Notes: generated by a model from the sequence alone, not told the origin. A DNA stretch of 64,000 nucleotides from an uncultured Myxococcales bacterium (GCA_964476185.1 CAYYZO010000004.1:17025-81024); one strand, 5' to 3'; shown: positions 9,903 to 19,337, numbered from the stretch's first letter. Program-made: numbers and translations.

Positions 9903-10781
9903 ATGCGATCACACAGGATGTTCACGGCGACGCTGATGGTCGCGGCAGTTACGGCCGCGTTCACGGCACCGCGTCCCGCCGCGGCCCAGACCCTGCAGAC
10001 CTGCCTGGTCAGCCAGCTCCAGTACGCGGGAACGGCGTGTCGCGGCCTCGCGCGCTGCTACGTGAAGGCGCAGCGCAGGGGGCTGGCGGTCGACCCGTCC
10101 TGCATCTCGGAGCGCGTGGCGGAGGTCGAGGCTCGCTACGCGAACACCGAGGCGCTCGGCGATTGCCTCGTCGAGCCGGCCGGGACGGACGTGGCCAACC
10201 TGCTGACGGCCGCGGTCGCTTCGTGGGATTCGGCGGTTTCGAGCTCTCCCGACAAGTGTGGCGCGAAGAAGGTGGGAGCGCTCGGGCGCGAGTGCAAGCA
10301 GATCCTGCGCTGCTACGACGAGTCGGTGACCGCAGCCGCGTCCGTCGATCCGACCTGCATCGGCAACGCGAGCAGCAAGCAGTTGAAGATCTTCACCCGT
10401 GTCGAGGCGAAGTATCCGTTGGTGTGCGACACGTTCGGTGACGCCTCGGCCCTGGATGCCCAGGTCCAGCAGGCCAGCGACGACGTCTACACGTATCTGC
10501 GCGGCACCGGCTCGACGACGACCACCACGACCATCACGCTGGCGAGTTCGACGACGACCAGCACGCTCGTTTCCGGCACCTGTCCGGCGGACGGCAGCGT
10601 GATCCCCTGCGAGGCCTATCGCGACATCCCCGCCTGCACGTCCTGCGTGGACGCGGTCGGCGGGGTCCCCCAGGACCAGTGCGCGGGGGCCGGTCCGACC
10701 TGCAGCAACGCGTACCAGAACCAGGGGTGCGGGTACGCGATCAACACGTCGACGAGTTGCGGGCCGACCTGCTGCCCGTAA
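9903..10781 (+). CDS. Secreted Cys-rich hypothetical protein with an internal duplication and Thr-rich linker
   Basis: Signal peptide ending AAAQ; two C-x11-C-x5-CY-x9-VDP-x-CI repeats; STTTTTTITLASSTTTST linker; small C-terminal Cys domain. Confidence 0.75.
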   Translation: MRSHRMFTATLMVAAVTAAFTAPRPAAAQTLQTCLVSQLQYAGTACRGLARCYVKAQRRGLAVDPSCISERVAEVEARYANTEALGDCLVEPAGTDVANLLTAAVASWDSAVSSSPDKCGAKKVGALGRECKQILRCYDESVTAAASVDPTCIGNASSKQLKIFTRVEAKYPLVCDTFGDASALDAQVQQASDDVYTYLRGTGSTTTTTTITLASSTTTSTLVSGTCPADGSVIPCEAYRDIPACTSCVDAVGGVPQDQCAGAGPTCSNAYQNQGCGYAINTSTSCGPTCCP

Positions 10782-10817
10782 GCGGCTGGTTCAGGAAGCG
10801 CCTCTGCTCCCCGAGGG

Positions 10818-10852
10818 GCAGGTCCCGATCCGGGGCCTGCACTTTTCTTTTC
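10818..10852 (+). terminator. Rho-independent terminator
   Basis: GCAGGTCCCG-atc-CGGGGCCTGC stem (one G-U pair) followed by ACTTTTCTTTTC, 37 nt after the stop. Confidence 0.7.
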
Positions 10853-11288
10853 CCCTCCCGGCACGAAGCCGTGCCGTTTCCCCGGCGTAGCCGGGACGGG
10901 CGCGCGCCGGATCGCGGTCGCGAAGCCCGGTCCTCTTTCCGGGCAGGACCCGACTCCCTCCTCTGGGGAAAAATCGGTGACGCTGGCGTGAGAAAGTTGC
11001 TGACCCCATTGTCAGTGACATTCAAGTAAGTTTAGCTTTGCTGCACGCAGGGTGACGCCCCGGGGATCATCGGTCCCCCCCCTCCGATCCGGTGGTCCCC
11101 GGGGGCGGTCAGGGCATCGCCGACGAACTCCCGCGTCGGCGATGCGGCCACCAGCCAGGTTTCGGCTCCGGCCTTCCCTCCCCCGGCCGGGGCTGGAACG
11201 AAGTCCGCGCCGGTCGTTGGGGCCGGCGCGGACTTCCCCGCCGGGGCCGCCTGCCTCTATCGGGACAAAACAAAGAAAGGAGATTCCC

Positions 11289-11750
11289 ATGACGTTGTTC
11301 AGGAAGTCCCACGGTTCCCAGGGTCGCTCCGCCGCCGCCGTCCTCGCGATGGCCGGCGCGGCCGTGATCGGGCTGTCCCCGCTCCCCGCCGCCGCGGTCA
11401 CCATCGGCGCCGAGGTCGAGGTCGACGCCGAGTGCGTTCGGACGTGCCTGTCCGAGTTGCGCGGGTGCCTGAAGGAAACGCGCGAGGCATTCGCCGAGTG
11501 CGCGCTCGAGGGCGGGTGCCTCGAACTGGCGGCGACGATGAGGTTGACCTGCCAGGCGGACGCGACGGCGTCGGTCTGCCTCGAGGCGCGCGCGGACTAC
11601 CAGGACTGCATCGCGCCGTGTCGGGCGGAACTGCGCAACGACACGAAGATCTGCCGCAACGAGGGGCTCGCGTGCCTGCACGACGAATGCGAGCTGTCCG
11701 ACCTTCCCGAGCAATGCGGTCGCGTGCGCGCGAGCACGTCGGCGAACTGA
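11289..11750 (+). CDS. Small secreted helical protein with 13 Cys
   Basis: AAAGAAAGGAGA RBS; signal peptide ending PAAA; regularly spaced Cys. Confidence 0.75.
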   Translation: MTLFRKSHGSQGRSAAAVLAMAGAAVIGLSPLPAAAVTIGAEVEVDAECVRTCLSELRGCLKETREAFAECALEGGCLELAATMRLTCQADATASVCLEARADYQDCIAPCRAELRNDTKICRNEGLACLHDECELSDLPEQCGRVRASTSAN

Positions 11751-11879
11751 TCGACCGAGTTCGCGTTCACGGCGATGCGGCCGCGCCGGAGCCACGGCGC
11801 GGCCGCGTCCGCTCTCGCCACGCAGCCCCTCGCCGCGCCCGGGATCGCGGATCGCAGGGTGGATCCGGGCAAGGACGCG

Positions 11880-13826
11880 TCAGCGGCAGGACAGCCTGTC
11901 CGCGCTGCCGCCGCAGGCCGGGGAAGCCTCTCCCGGACCGTTCCAGTCGACGGTTCCGCATTCGTCGCTCGCTCCGAGCACCAGCGCCGTGCGCACGGCG
12001 GCGACGTCGGGCAGGACCGGCCCCGTCGTCGCTGCGGCCTTCACGATCACGCGCAGGCGACCATCCTCGACGCGGCTGCGGTCCTTGACGACAGCGCGCG
12101 TGATGCCCGCGATCGAACCCGAGTCGTCCCGGTACGACCACGCGGTCGAAGAGGCGTTGGTCTTCCACGACGCACCACCGGGCAGCGTCGCGTCGAAGCC
12201 TCCTGCCGCAGTCGGCGAGTCCACCACGACGCGGATGCCGGCGGTCGCGGGATCGACGCCGAGCCATGGTTTCGGCACGAGGACTTCGGCCTTCAGCCGC
12301 AACGTGTACGGCGCCGCGCGCGCTTTCAGGCGCGGCCGCTCGAGCGGGATCCCGCTCGTGCAGGCGGGCGGGTTCACGCACGCGCAGCCGTCGCAGACGG
12401 CGCCGCCGCCGCAGTCGCCGTCGCTCTCGCACTGCTCGCTGCCGCACACGAGCGCATCGCCGCAGACCGGCTCGGCCGGCGCGCAGGTGCAGCCGAGGCA
12501 CGTCGTGCACGGATCGGCGCAGTCCGGCAGGCCGGGTTCGCCGCAGATCTCGCCCGCGTCCGCGTCGCCGTCGCCGCAGTCGGGAAGCTGCGATTCGTAC
12601 GCCCCCAGGTCGTAGCCCGCTCCGACCGGCCGTGGACCGCCTTCGATGTCCGCGCCGGGTGCGTTCGCGGCCGTTCCGGCGTCGATGCCCGGTGAGGTCG
12701 GCAGCAGGTGGAAGTCACCCGAAGGATTCACGAAGTGATCGGCGGGCGTGGCCACGAAGGAGTTCTGGTCGTAGCCGAGCGCTTGCCAGCCGGCCAGGTC
12801 GAGGATCGTGGAGTCCCCGTCGGGACTCATCCGGTGCATGAGCGAGTTGTGGTCGGAGGAGAACCCGCTCGCGCTCGACGAATCGATCACGATCACGCCG
12901 CGGAAAGGGTGGTGGTTGTAGAGGATGTTGTTGCGCAGCGTGTTGCCGGTCGAACCGTTGTTGATGTTGATGCACCACCGGCCGTTCGAGGCGTTCACGA
13001 TCGTGTTGTTGATCACGAGGTTGCCCGTCGAGCCGGTCGCCCCGTCGATCCGGTACAGGCTGATCCCGCTCGCGTGGTTGTCGTAGAGCAGGTTGTTGCG
13101 AACGACGCTGTCGGTGACCCCGTCCATGTTGATCCCGGACCCGCCGCCCACGCCGTTGCCGTGGATCACGTTGTTCTCGACGATGGCGTTCGAGATCAGC
13201 CCGTCTCCTCCGAGCGAGGCGTCGCCGTTCATGTGGATGCCGTTGGCGCGGTTGTCGTGAGAGTGGTTCCCGCGGATGACCGGACGATCGCCGCTGTTCG
13301 AGACGTAGATCCCGTGCTCGTCGATCGACCCGTAGGTCTCGTTGTCCTCGATCCGCACGTCGTCGACGAAGCCGGTCAGGATGCCCCACTTGCCGTTGTT
13401 GCCGCAGCGGCAGTTGCGAATCGTGACATGGTCGGAGACGGCGGTCCGGATGCCGGTGCGCGTGCGCCCGGTGACGACGAACCCGTCCACGGTCACGTGC
13501 GACGCGTTCTCGATGTTGATGCCGTCGGGAGTCACCGGGTTGTCGGCGACGACCAGCACCGCGGGACCTTCGGCGACGAACGTCACCGGCGCGAGCGCGG
13601 ATCCGACGACGCGAACGTCGAATCCCGCGTAACTGCCGTCGGCGACGTGCACGGTGTCGCCCGCCGCCACGGCGTCCGCGGCGTGCTGCAGCGTCGCCCA
13701 CGCGGTTGCCCAGGCAAGCCCGTCGGCGGCGTCGCTGCCGACGGGGGAAACGTAGTAGTCCGCGGCGCGGGCCGGGGAGGCGAAGAACAGGACGGCGGCA
13801 AGCGCCGCGGGGGCGACTCGGATCAT
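11880..13826 (-). CDS. Secreted right-handed parallel beta-helix (pectin-lyase-like) protein with choice-of-anchor-Q-like motif, Cys-rich repeat and C-terminal domain
   Basis: YYVSPVGSDAADG...WATLQHA; Asn-rich PbH1-type repeats; DFHLLPTSPGIDAG...DIEGGPRP...YDLGAYE. Confidence 0.82.
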   Translation of the reverse strand: MIRVAPAALAAVLFFASPARAADYYVSPVGSDAADGLAWATAWATLQHAADAVAAGDTVHVADGSYAGFDVRVVGSALAPVTFVAEGPAVLVVADNPVTPDGINIENASHVTVDGFVVTGRTRTGIRTAVSDHVTIRNCRCGNNGKWGILTGFVDDVRIEDNETYGSIDEHGIYVSNSGDRPVIRGNHSHDNRANGIHMNGDASLGGDGLISNAIVENNVIHGNGVGGGSGINMDGVTDSVVRNNLLYDNHASGISLYRIDGATGSTGNLVINNTIVNASNGRWCININNGSTGNTLRNNILYNHHPFRGVIVIDSSSASGFSSDHNSLMHRMSPDGDSTILDLAGWQALGYDQNSFVATPADHFVNPSGDFHLLPTSPGIDAGTAANAPGADIEGGPRPVGAGYDLGAYESQLPDCGDGDADAGEICGEPGLPDCADPCTTCLGCTCAPAEPVCGDALVCGSEQCESDGDCGGGAVCDGCACVNPPACTSGIPLERPRLKARAAPYTLRLKAEVLVPKPWLGVDPATAGIRVVVDSPTAAGGFDATLPGGASWKTNASSTAWSYRDDSGSIAGITRAVVKDRSRVEDGRLRVIVKAAATTGPVLPDVAAVRTALVLGASDECGTVDWNGPGEASPACGGSADRLSCR

Positions 13827-13987
13827 GGAAACGCTCCTGCCGAACCGGAACGGATGCGCACGATGCGGCCGCGCGCCCGATCCGTCCGGATCCCCGAGTC
13901 TGGCGCGACGCGGCCGGCTTCAGCAACAGCGTTCGGGGCGGAACCGCCTTTCTCGCGCGTCCCTCGGCGGATAAGGTTGCGCGGATC

Positions 13988-15100
13988 ATGAGCGACAACC
14001 AGGATCGGCGTCCGCTGTTCGAGCACTACCCGGCGCTGGTCGCGGCGTTGCCGCGCGTCCCGCTGGCCGTTCTGCCGAGCCCGGTGCGTCGCCTGACGGG
14101 ACTGAGCGCGCGCGTGCCGGCCGCCGCGCTGTGGCTCAAGGACGACGGGCCGTCGAGTCCGTTCTACGGCGGCAACAAGGTTCGCAAGCTGGAGTTGCTC
14201 CTCGCGTCCGCGCGCGCGGCCGGAGCGAAGAAGGTGCTCACGTTCGGGTACGCCGGGTCGAACCACGCGACGGCGACGGCCGTGCACGCCTCCCGGCTCG
14301 GCCTTCGCAGCATCTCGATCCTGCTGCCGCAGCACAACGCCGCCTATCTTCGCAGGAACCTGCTCGTCAGCCACGCCGTCGGCGCCGAGCTGCACGAGCA
14401 CCCCTCCGTGTCCGCCCTCGTCGCGGGGACGGCGCTCACGATGCTGAAACATCGGCTTCGCGACGGCCGGTTCCCGGTGGTGGTCCCGCCGGGCGGATCC
14501 TCCCCGCTCGGCACGGTCGGGTTCGTCAACGCGGCCTTCGAACTCGCCGAGCAGGTCGACGCAGGGCTGCTGCCGCTGCCGGAGCGCATCTACGTGGCCG
14601 CGGGCAGCCTCGGGACGGTCGTCGGCCTCGGCCTCGGGTTGGCGGCGCTCGGCCTGACCATCCCGATCCACGGCGTGCGCGTCGTGGAGGAGCGCTACGT
14701 GAATCCTTCGCGGCTCGAGGCGTTGTGGCGAAGGACGCTGGCGCTGCTGCGTTCGGCGGCGCCGGGCTTCCCGGACGTCTCCGGTGCGGTGGAACGCATC
14801 GTGCTGCGCGGCGAGTTCTTCGGTGGCGAGTACGCCCTGCCGACGCCCGAGTCCGCGGATGCGCGACGACTGGCCGTCAAGCTCGACGGCCTCGACCTCG
14901 ACGGGACGTATACGGCGAAGACGCTGGCGTGCGTGCTCGCCGACGCCCGCGCCGCTCGTCTCCCGTCCGGCCCGGTGCTGTTCTGGAACACCGCGAACTC
15001 GAGCGACCTCTCGGAACTCGCCGGCGACGTCGAGCCGGCCGACCTGCCCCGCCGCCTGCGTCGCTATTTCGAGGAAGACGAGACGTTCACGGGCGATTGA
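13988..15100 (+). CDS. D-cysteine desulfhydrase/ACC-deaminase-family PLP enzyme
   Basis: LWLKDDG...YGGNKVRKLE (PLP Lys), GSNHATA, GGSSPLG; LDGTYTAK has Thr, as in D-Cys desulfhydrases, rather than the ACC-deaminase Glu. Confidence 0.85.
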   Translation: MSDNQDRRPLFEHYPALVAALPRVPLAVLPSPVRRLTGLSARVPAAALWLKDDGPSSPFYGGNKVRKLELLLASARAAGAKKVLTFGYAGSNHATATAVHASRLGLRSISILLPQHNAAYLRRNLLVSHAVGAELHEHPSVSALVAGTALTMLKHRLRDGRFPVVVPPGGSSPLGTVGFVNAAFELAEQVDAGLLPLPERIYVAAGSLGTVVGLGLGLAALGLTIPIHGVRVVEERYVNPSRLEALWRRTLALLRSAAPGFPDVSGAVERIVLRGEFFGGEYALPTPESADARRLAVKLDGLDLDGTYTAKTLACVLADARAARLPSGPVLFWNTANSSDLSELAGDVEPADLPRRLRRYFEEDETFTGD

Positions 15101-15115
15101 GCCGCCGGCGGACCG

Positions 15116-15772
15116 TCATCCTTTCGGCTCCCTGTGCTCGAAGTCCATCGCGAGCGAGACGGCGCTGTCGAGCGCGGCCTTCGTGAACGAAAGCACCTGC
15201 TCGAACGATTCGTCGCTGAGGTCGCGCGCCTCGTCGTTGCCGCGCAGGAGGTTCACGAACAGCCTTTCGCGCTCGATCTGCAGCGGGAGGCGTCCGGCTC
15301 CCCAGTCCTCGAGGAACTTCGCGACGGCCGGGTTGCTGGTGCGCGTGAGCTTGAGGATCGCCGGCAGTGGATCGTTGCGCGCGACGATCGCCGCGAGCCG
15401 CAGCACGAGGTCGAACGACAGCGTCTGCGTCCCGGCCTCGACGGCCTCGAGGTACGAGGAGTCGCGCAGCTCGAGCGCACGGGAGAGGTCGGCGACGGTG
15501 AGGCCGGCCAGTTCGCGAAGCTCGCGAACGTAGTTGCCGGCCTCGCGCGCGAGCTTGCCGGGATGGGCCGGCCCCGCGAGCAGCGGCTTCAGGCCGAGCG
15601 GGTCGCCGGTCACGTTCAGGAAGAACTGGATCGCGCTGCCGGCCGCGTCTCCCGTCATCGCGGCGAGGCCCGATAGCATCGTCAGCTCCCCGGAGGCCTG
15701 CGGGTCGGGCTTCCTGCGCCGCGGCGGTCGACGACGCGGCTTCGCTCTCGGCTTCGGCTCGGGCTTCGGCAT
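15116..15772 (-). CDS. XRE-family HTH transcriptional regulator
   Basis: LRELAGLTVADLSRALELRDSSYLEAVEAG is an HTH_3-like motif; start chosen 17 nt after the patatin stop. Confidence 0.75.
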   Translation of the reverse strand: MPKPEPKPRAKPRRRPPRRRKPDPQASGELTMLSGLAAMTGDAAGSAIQFFLNVTGDPLGLKPLLAGPAHPGKLAREAGNYVRELRELAGLTVADLSRALELRDSSYLEAVEAGTQTLSFDLVLRLAAIVARNDPLPAILKLTRTSNPAVAKFLEDWGAGRLPLQIERERLFVNLLRGNDEARDLSDESFEQVLSFTKAALDSAVSLAMDFEHREPKG

Positions 15773-15788
15773 GACGGCGGCCAACGTC

Positions 15789-16766
15789 TCAGATTGCGCG
15801 CGGCCTTGCCAGCGCGGACGAGAACAGGCGTCGCAGCCTGCTCGAGTGCTGCCGGCGGGCGTTCTCGATCGCCTCGACCAGGCCGGGAAGCGCACGGCGC
15901 GCGACCTCGCGGCCGGCCTCGATCGCCTCGGCCGAACGCATCAACTCGAAGATGCCGATGTTCTCCGAACGCGGCGAGACGAACGCGTCCGGAGGACAGT
16001 CGCGAAGCCGTGCTGCCGCGATGTGCGACTGGACGACCGCGCTGCCCTTCGCGAGCACGTCGAGCATCCCGGGCTCGCTGGCGGCCGAGGCGGAGTCGGG
16101 TGATGCGTTCGTTCCGCTCGCGCCGGGATTCGGCGATTCGTCCCCCTGGCAGGAAGGCGCGGGGCCGAGCTCGTGCGCGAGCAGCGTGGACTGCGCACCC
16201 CCTTCGAGCACCCTGCGCAGGCGCAGGATGCTGATGGCGACGACGAAGTCCGCCCCGAGCGCGCGCGCGACGCTGACGGGGATCGGGTTGACGAGGCCGC
16301 CGTCCACGAGCACGCGGGTGCCGATCGTGCGCGGACGGAAGACGCCGGGGATCGCGATGCTCGCGCGGACGGCGTCGCGCACGGGCCCCTCGGCGATCAC
16401 GACCTCTTCGCCGGTGTCGAGGTCGGTGGCGACGGCCGCGAACGGGATCGGGAGGTCCTCGATGTCGGTGCCGAGCACCGGCGCGAGCAGGTCGAGCGCG
16501 CGGCGTCCGTCGATCAGGCCGCCGCGGCCCCAGGTCGGGTCGAACAGCGTGAAGACCCGCCCGCGGGTGAGCGAGGTCATCACCGTGTGGAACTCGTCGA
16601 GGCGCCCGGCCGCGTACGCCGCGCCGACGATCGCACCGGCGCTGGTGCCCGCGACGCAGTCGAAACGGATGCCGGCGGCCGCGAACTCCTCGAGCACGCC
16701 GCCGTAGGAGAGCGCCGCGGCGCCTCCTCCTCCGAGAGCCACTCCGATGCGGAAAGGGGACTTCAT
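15789..16766 (-). CDS. Patatin-like phospholipase (RssA/NTE type)
   Basis: ALGGGG, GTSAG nucleophile elbow, LVDGG, VRASIAIPG. Confidence 0.87.
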   Translation of the reverse strand: MKSPFRIGVALGGGGAAALSYGGVLEEFAAAGIRFDCVAGTSAGAIVGAAYAAGRLDEFHTVMTSLTRGRVFTLFDPTWGRGGLIDGRRALDLLAPVLGTDIEDLPIPFAAVATDLDTGEEVVIAEGPVRDAVRASIAIPGVFRPRTIGTRVLVDGGLVNPIPVSVARALGADFVVAISILRLRRVLEGGAQSTLLAHELGPAPSCQGDESPNPGASGTNASPDSASAASEPGMLDVLAKGSAVVQSHIAAARLRDCPPDAFVSPRSENIGIFELMRSAEAIEAGREVARRALPGLVEAIENARRQHSSRLRRLFSSALARPRAI

Positions 16767-16870
16767 CGAAACCGATGGTGTTCAGAAACGCCGGGGGGCG
16801 GCAACCCGGTTTCGCGCCGGCGCCGCGCGAAACCGTCGCCGTCGGCGGCGGCTTCGCGCGGGCGAGTCGC

Positions 16871-17305
16871 TCACTGGATCGGGATCTTCTTCGCGCCGAC
16901 CTTCTCCGGCGCTTTCATCGTGACCTCGAGCACGCCGTCCTTGCAGCCGGCCCTGATGCTGTCGGTGTCCACGTCCCAGGGAAGCTGCACGGTGCGTTCG
17001 AACGCGCCGTACGAGACTTCGCGGTAGACACGGCCGCCCTTGTCTTCCTCGGTGCGGCTCTTGCGTTCTCCGCGGATCGTCAGGCGGTCGCCCTCGACCT
17101 GGATGTCGAGGTCGGCGGGGTCGATGCCCGGGACATCGACGCGGACGACGAGTTCGCCGTTGCGCAGGAACGACTCCAGCGGGGGAACCCAGCGGCCGGT
17201 GCTGACGCCCGGCAGCCAGTCGTTGCCGAAAAAGCGACCGATCAGGTCGTCGAACTCGCGATGCAGCGGCGAAAGGTCGGGAGTTCGGGTCGTCAAAGCT
17301 CTCAT
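16871..17305 (-). CDS. Hsp20/alpha-crystallin small heat-shock protein
   Basis: GGAGG RBS; VRVDVPGID, LTIRGER, EVSYGAFERTVQLP, DGVLEVTM. Confidence 0.93.
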   Translation of the reverse strand: MRALTTRTPDLSPLHREFDDLIGRFFGNDWLPGVSTGRWVPPLESFLRNGELVVRVDVPGIDPADLDIQVEGDRLTIRGERKSRTEEDKGGRVYREVSYGAFERTVQLPWDVDTDSIRAGCKDGVLEVTMKAPEKVGAKKIPIQ

Positions 17306-17663
17306 GACGTAAGCCTCCGTTTCTCGAGTGGTTTGGCCGGGCGCTCCACGCACGGCGTCGTTGCCCGACGCATGCGCCGCGCGCTGTTCGCGCGTGCTCC
17401 GGAGGCCGGCGGCAGGCTGGAAATAATCACCGAGGGTGGATGCGCAAGGGGCGGCGAGGCCTCCGGAGGAATGTTCACGGGCATCGCCTCGCGACGGGCG
17501 GCTTGCGCGAGGACTGCCGCCGGGCCGACCGCCGGATCCTCCGGGGGGATGGCGTTCGTCTTTCCTGCCCGGGCCGGCAGCGAACCGTTCCGCTCAGCCG
17601 CGCCCTCCGCTTAAGCTGGGTTCGCCGCCGTGGGGTCGTCGACCGTGCGGTGATGGAACGGAG

Positions 17664-19337
17664 ATGGCGAAGCGGACCAGTCGGGAACCGGGAGAGGACA
17701 CGCAGCAGCCGGAGCTGGACCGCGCTCGATCCCTTCTCGAGCGCGCCGGGTTTCGCGTGCTCTCGCCCGACGAGGATCGCGCCGAACAGCGGCGCCGGGA
17801 CAGGCAGCAGCGCCGCCTTCGCGACATCTTCGAGACGGTCTTCCAGTATTCGTCGCTGCTCGACATCGACGGGACACTGCTGCAGAGCAACCGCAACGTC
17901 CTCGACGCGAGCGGCGTCGCCACCGAGGATGTCTACGGCAAGCCGTTCTGGGAGGCCCCGTGGTGGACCCGCGTGCCGGGAAGCCGCGACGTGATTCGCC
18001 AACAGTTCGAGCGCGCGATGACCGGGCAGCAGGCGCGGTTTCGCTGCAAGGCCTCGGCCGCCGGCGACCGCATGATCGAGTTCGACATGTCGCTGCGCCC
18101 GGTGCGCGGGGAGGACGGGGACATCGTCCTCGTCCTCGCCGAAGGCAGCGAGGTGGTCGATCCCGCGGGAGCCGTGGAGGCCCTGCTCGAGAGCGAGGCG
18201 CGATTCCGCGCCGCGATGCAGTCGTCCGCGATCGGCATGGCGCTGGTGCGGCCGGATGGCCGCTGGATGGACGTCAATCCGGCGCTTTGCGCGATCACGG
18301 GGTACTCGCGCGAGGAACTCGTGTCGCGCTACGTGCAGTCCCTCACGCACCCGGACGACCTTCCGGCCGAGTTCGCCGCTCGCGACCGCCTGCTGGCCGG
18401 TGAGATCGACTCGTTCCAGAGCGAGAAGCGATACATCCACAAGCGCGGACACGCGGTCTGGGTCCAGCTCGCGGTGGCCGCCGTGCGCAATCGGCGGGGA
18501 GAGGTCCTGTACCTGGTTTCGCAGGTCCAGGACATCACGCAGCGCAAGGCCGCGGCCGACGAGCTCGAGGCCCACGTCCGGCAGCGAACGAGGGACCTGA
18601 CCGAGGCGAACGCGGAACTCGAGGCGTTCTCGTTCACGGTGTCTCACGACCTGCGCTCGCCGCTGCGGATCATCAACGGCTACATCACGCTGTTGCGGGA
18701 GGAGCTTCGCGCCGGGTTCGGTGACGATCCAGGCGCCGCACAGGGCGTGCTGGGGATGCTCGAGCAGGTCAACGCCGCCACGCGCAACATGTCCCTGCTG
18801 ATCGACGAGCTGCTGGCGTTCTCGCGGACGGGGCGCGCTGAGCTTCGTCGTGAGCCCGTCGCGCTGGACGAACTCGTCGCCGAAGTCGTCGAACAGACGC
18901 TGAAGGCGTCGCACGTCGACCATCCCCCGCGGTGGGAGGTCGGTCCCCTGCCGAAAGTGGAGGCCGACCGGGCCATGCTTCGTCAGGTGCTGGCCAACCT
19001 GCTCGACAACGCGATCAAGTACAGCTCGACGAGGGCCGAGCCCGTCGTTTCCATCCACGAGGTGCCAGGACCGGAAGACGAGATCGTCGTGGAGGTGCGC
19101 GACAACGGCGTCGGGTTCGACATGCGTCACGCCGGCCGGCTCTTCGGGGTCTTCCAGCGCCTGCACCGTGCCGACGAGTTCGCGGGGGTCGGGATCGGCC
19201 TCGCGACGGCCAAGCGCGTCGTCCTCCGTCACGGCGGCCGCATCTGGGCGGACTCGCGACCGGGCGCGGGGTCGAGCTTCTTCTTCTCCCTTCCGCGCCG
19301 GTGGCCGAACGCCGCGGAAGCAGCGGGAGGGGAATGA
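17664..19337 (+). CDS. Soluble PAS-PAS sensor histidine kinase
   Basis: Two PAS/PAC domains (GKPFWEAPWW; VNPALCAITGYSREEL...THPDD); H-box VSHDLRSPL, N-box NLLDNAIKYS, DNGVGF, GVGIGLA. Confidence 0.92.
   Translation: MAKRTSREPGEDTQQPELDRARSLLERAGFRVLSPDEDRAEQRRRDRQQRRLRDIFETVFQYSSLLDIDGTLLQSNRNVLDASGVATEDVYGKPFWEAPWWTRVPGSRDVIRQQFERAMTGQQARFRCKASAAGDRMIEFDMSLRPVRGEDGDIVLVLAEGSEVVDPAGAVEALLESEARFRAAMQSSAIGMALVRPDGRWMDVNPALCAITGYSREELVSRYVQSLTHPDDLPAEFAARDRLLAGEIDSFQSEKRYIHKRGHAVWVQLAVAAVRNRRGEVLYLVSQVQDITQRKAAADELEAHVRQRTRDLTEANAELEAFSFTVSHDLRSPLRIINGYITLLREELRAGFGDDPGAAQGVLGMLEQVNAATRNMSLLIDELLAFSRTGRAELRREPVALDELVAEVVEQTLKASHVDHPPRWEVGPLPKVEADRAMLRQVLANLLDNAIKYSSTRAEPVVSIHEVPGPEDEIVVEVRDNGVGFDMRHAGRLFGVFQRLHRADEFAGVGIGLATAKRVVLRHGGRIWADSRPGAGSSFFFSLPRRWPNAAEAAGGE

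Noticed and set aside
13988-15100. ACC deaminase (acdS) call
   Set aside because: Has YT rather than the YE typical of true ACC deaminases; left as D-cysteine desulfhydrase-like.
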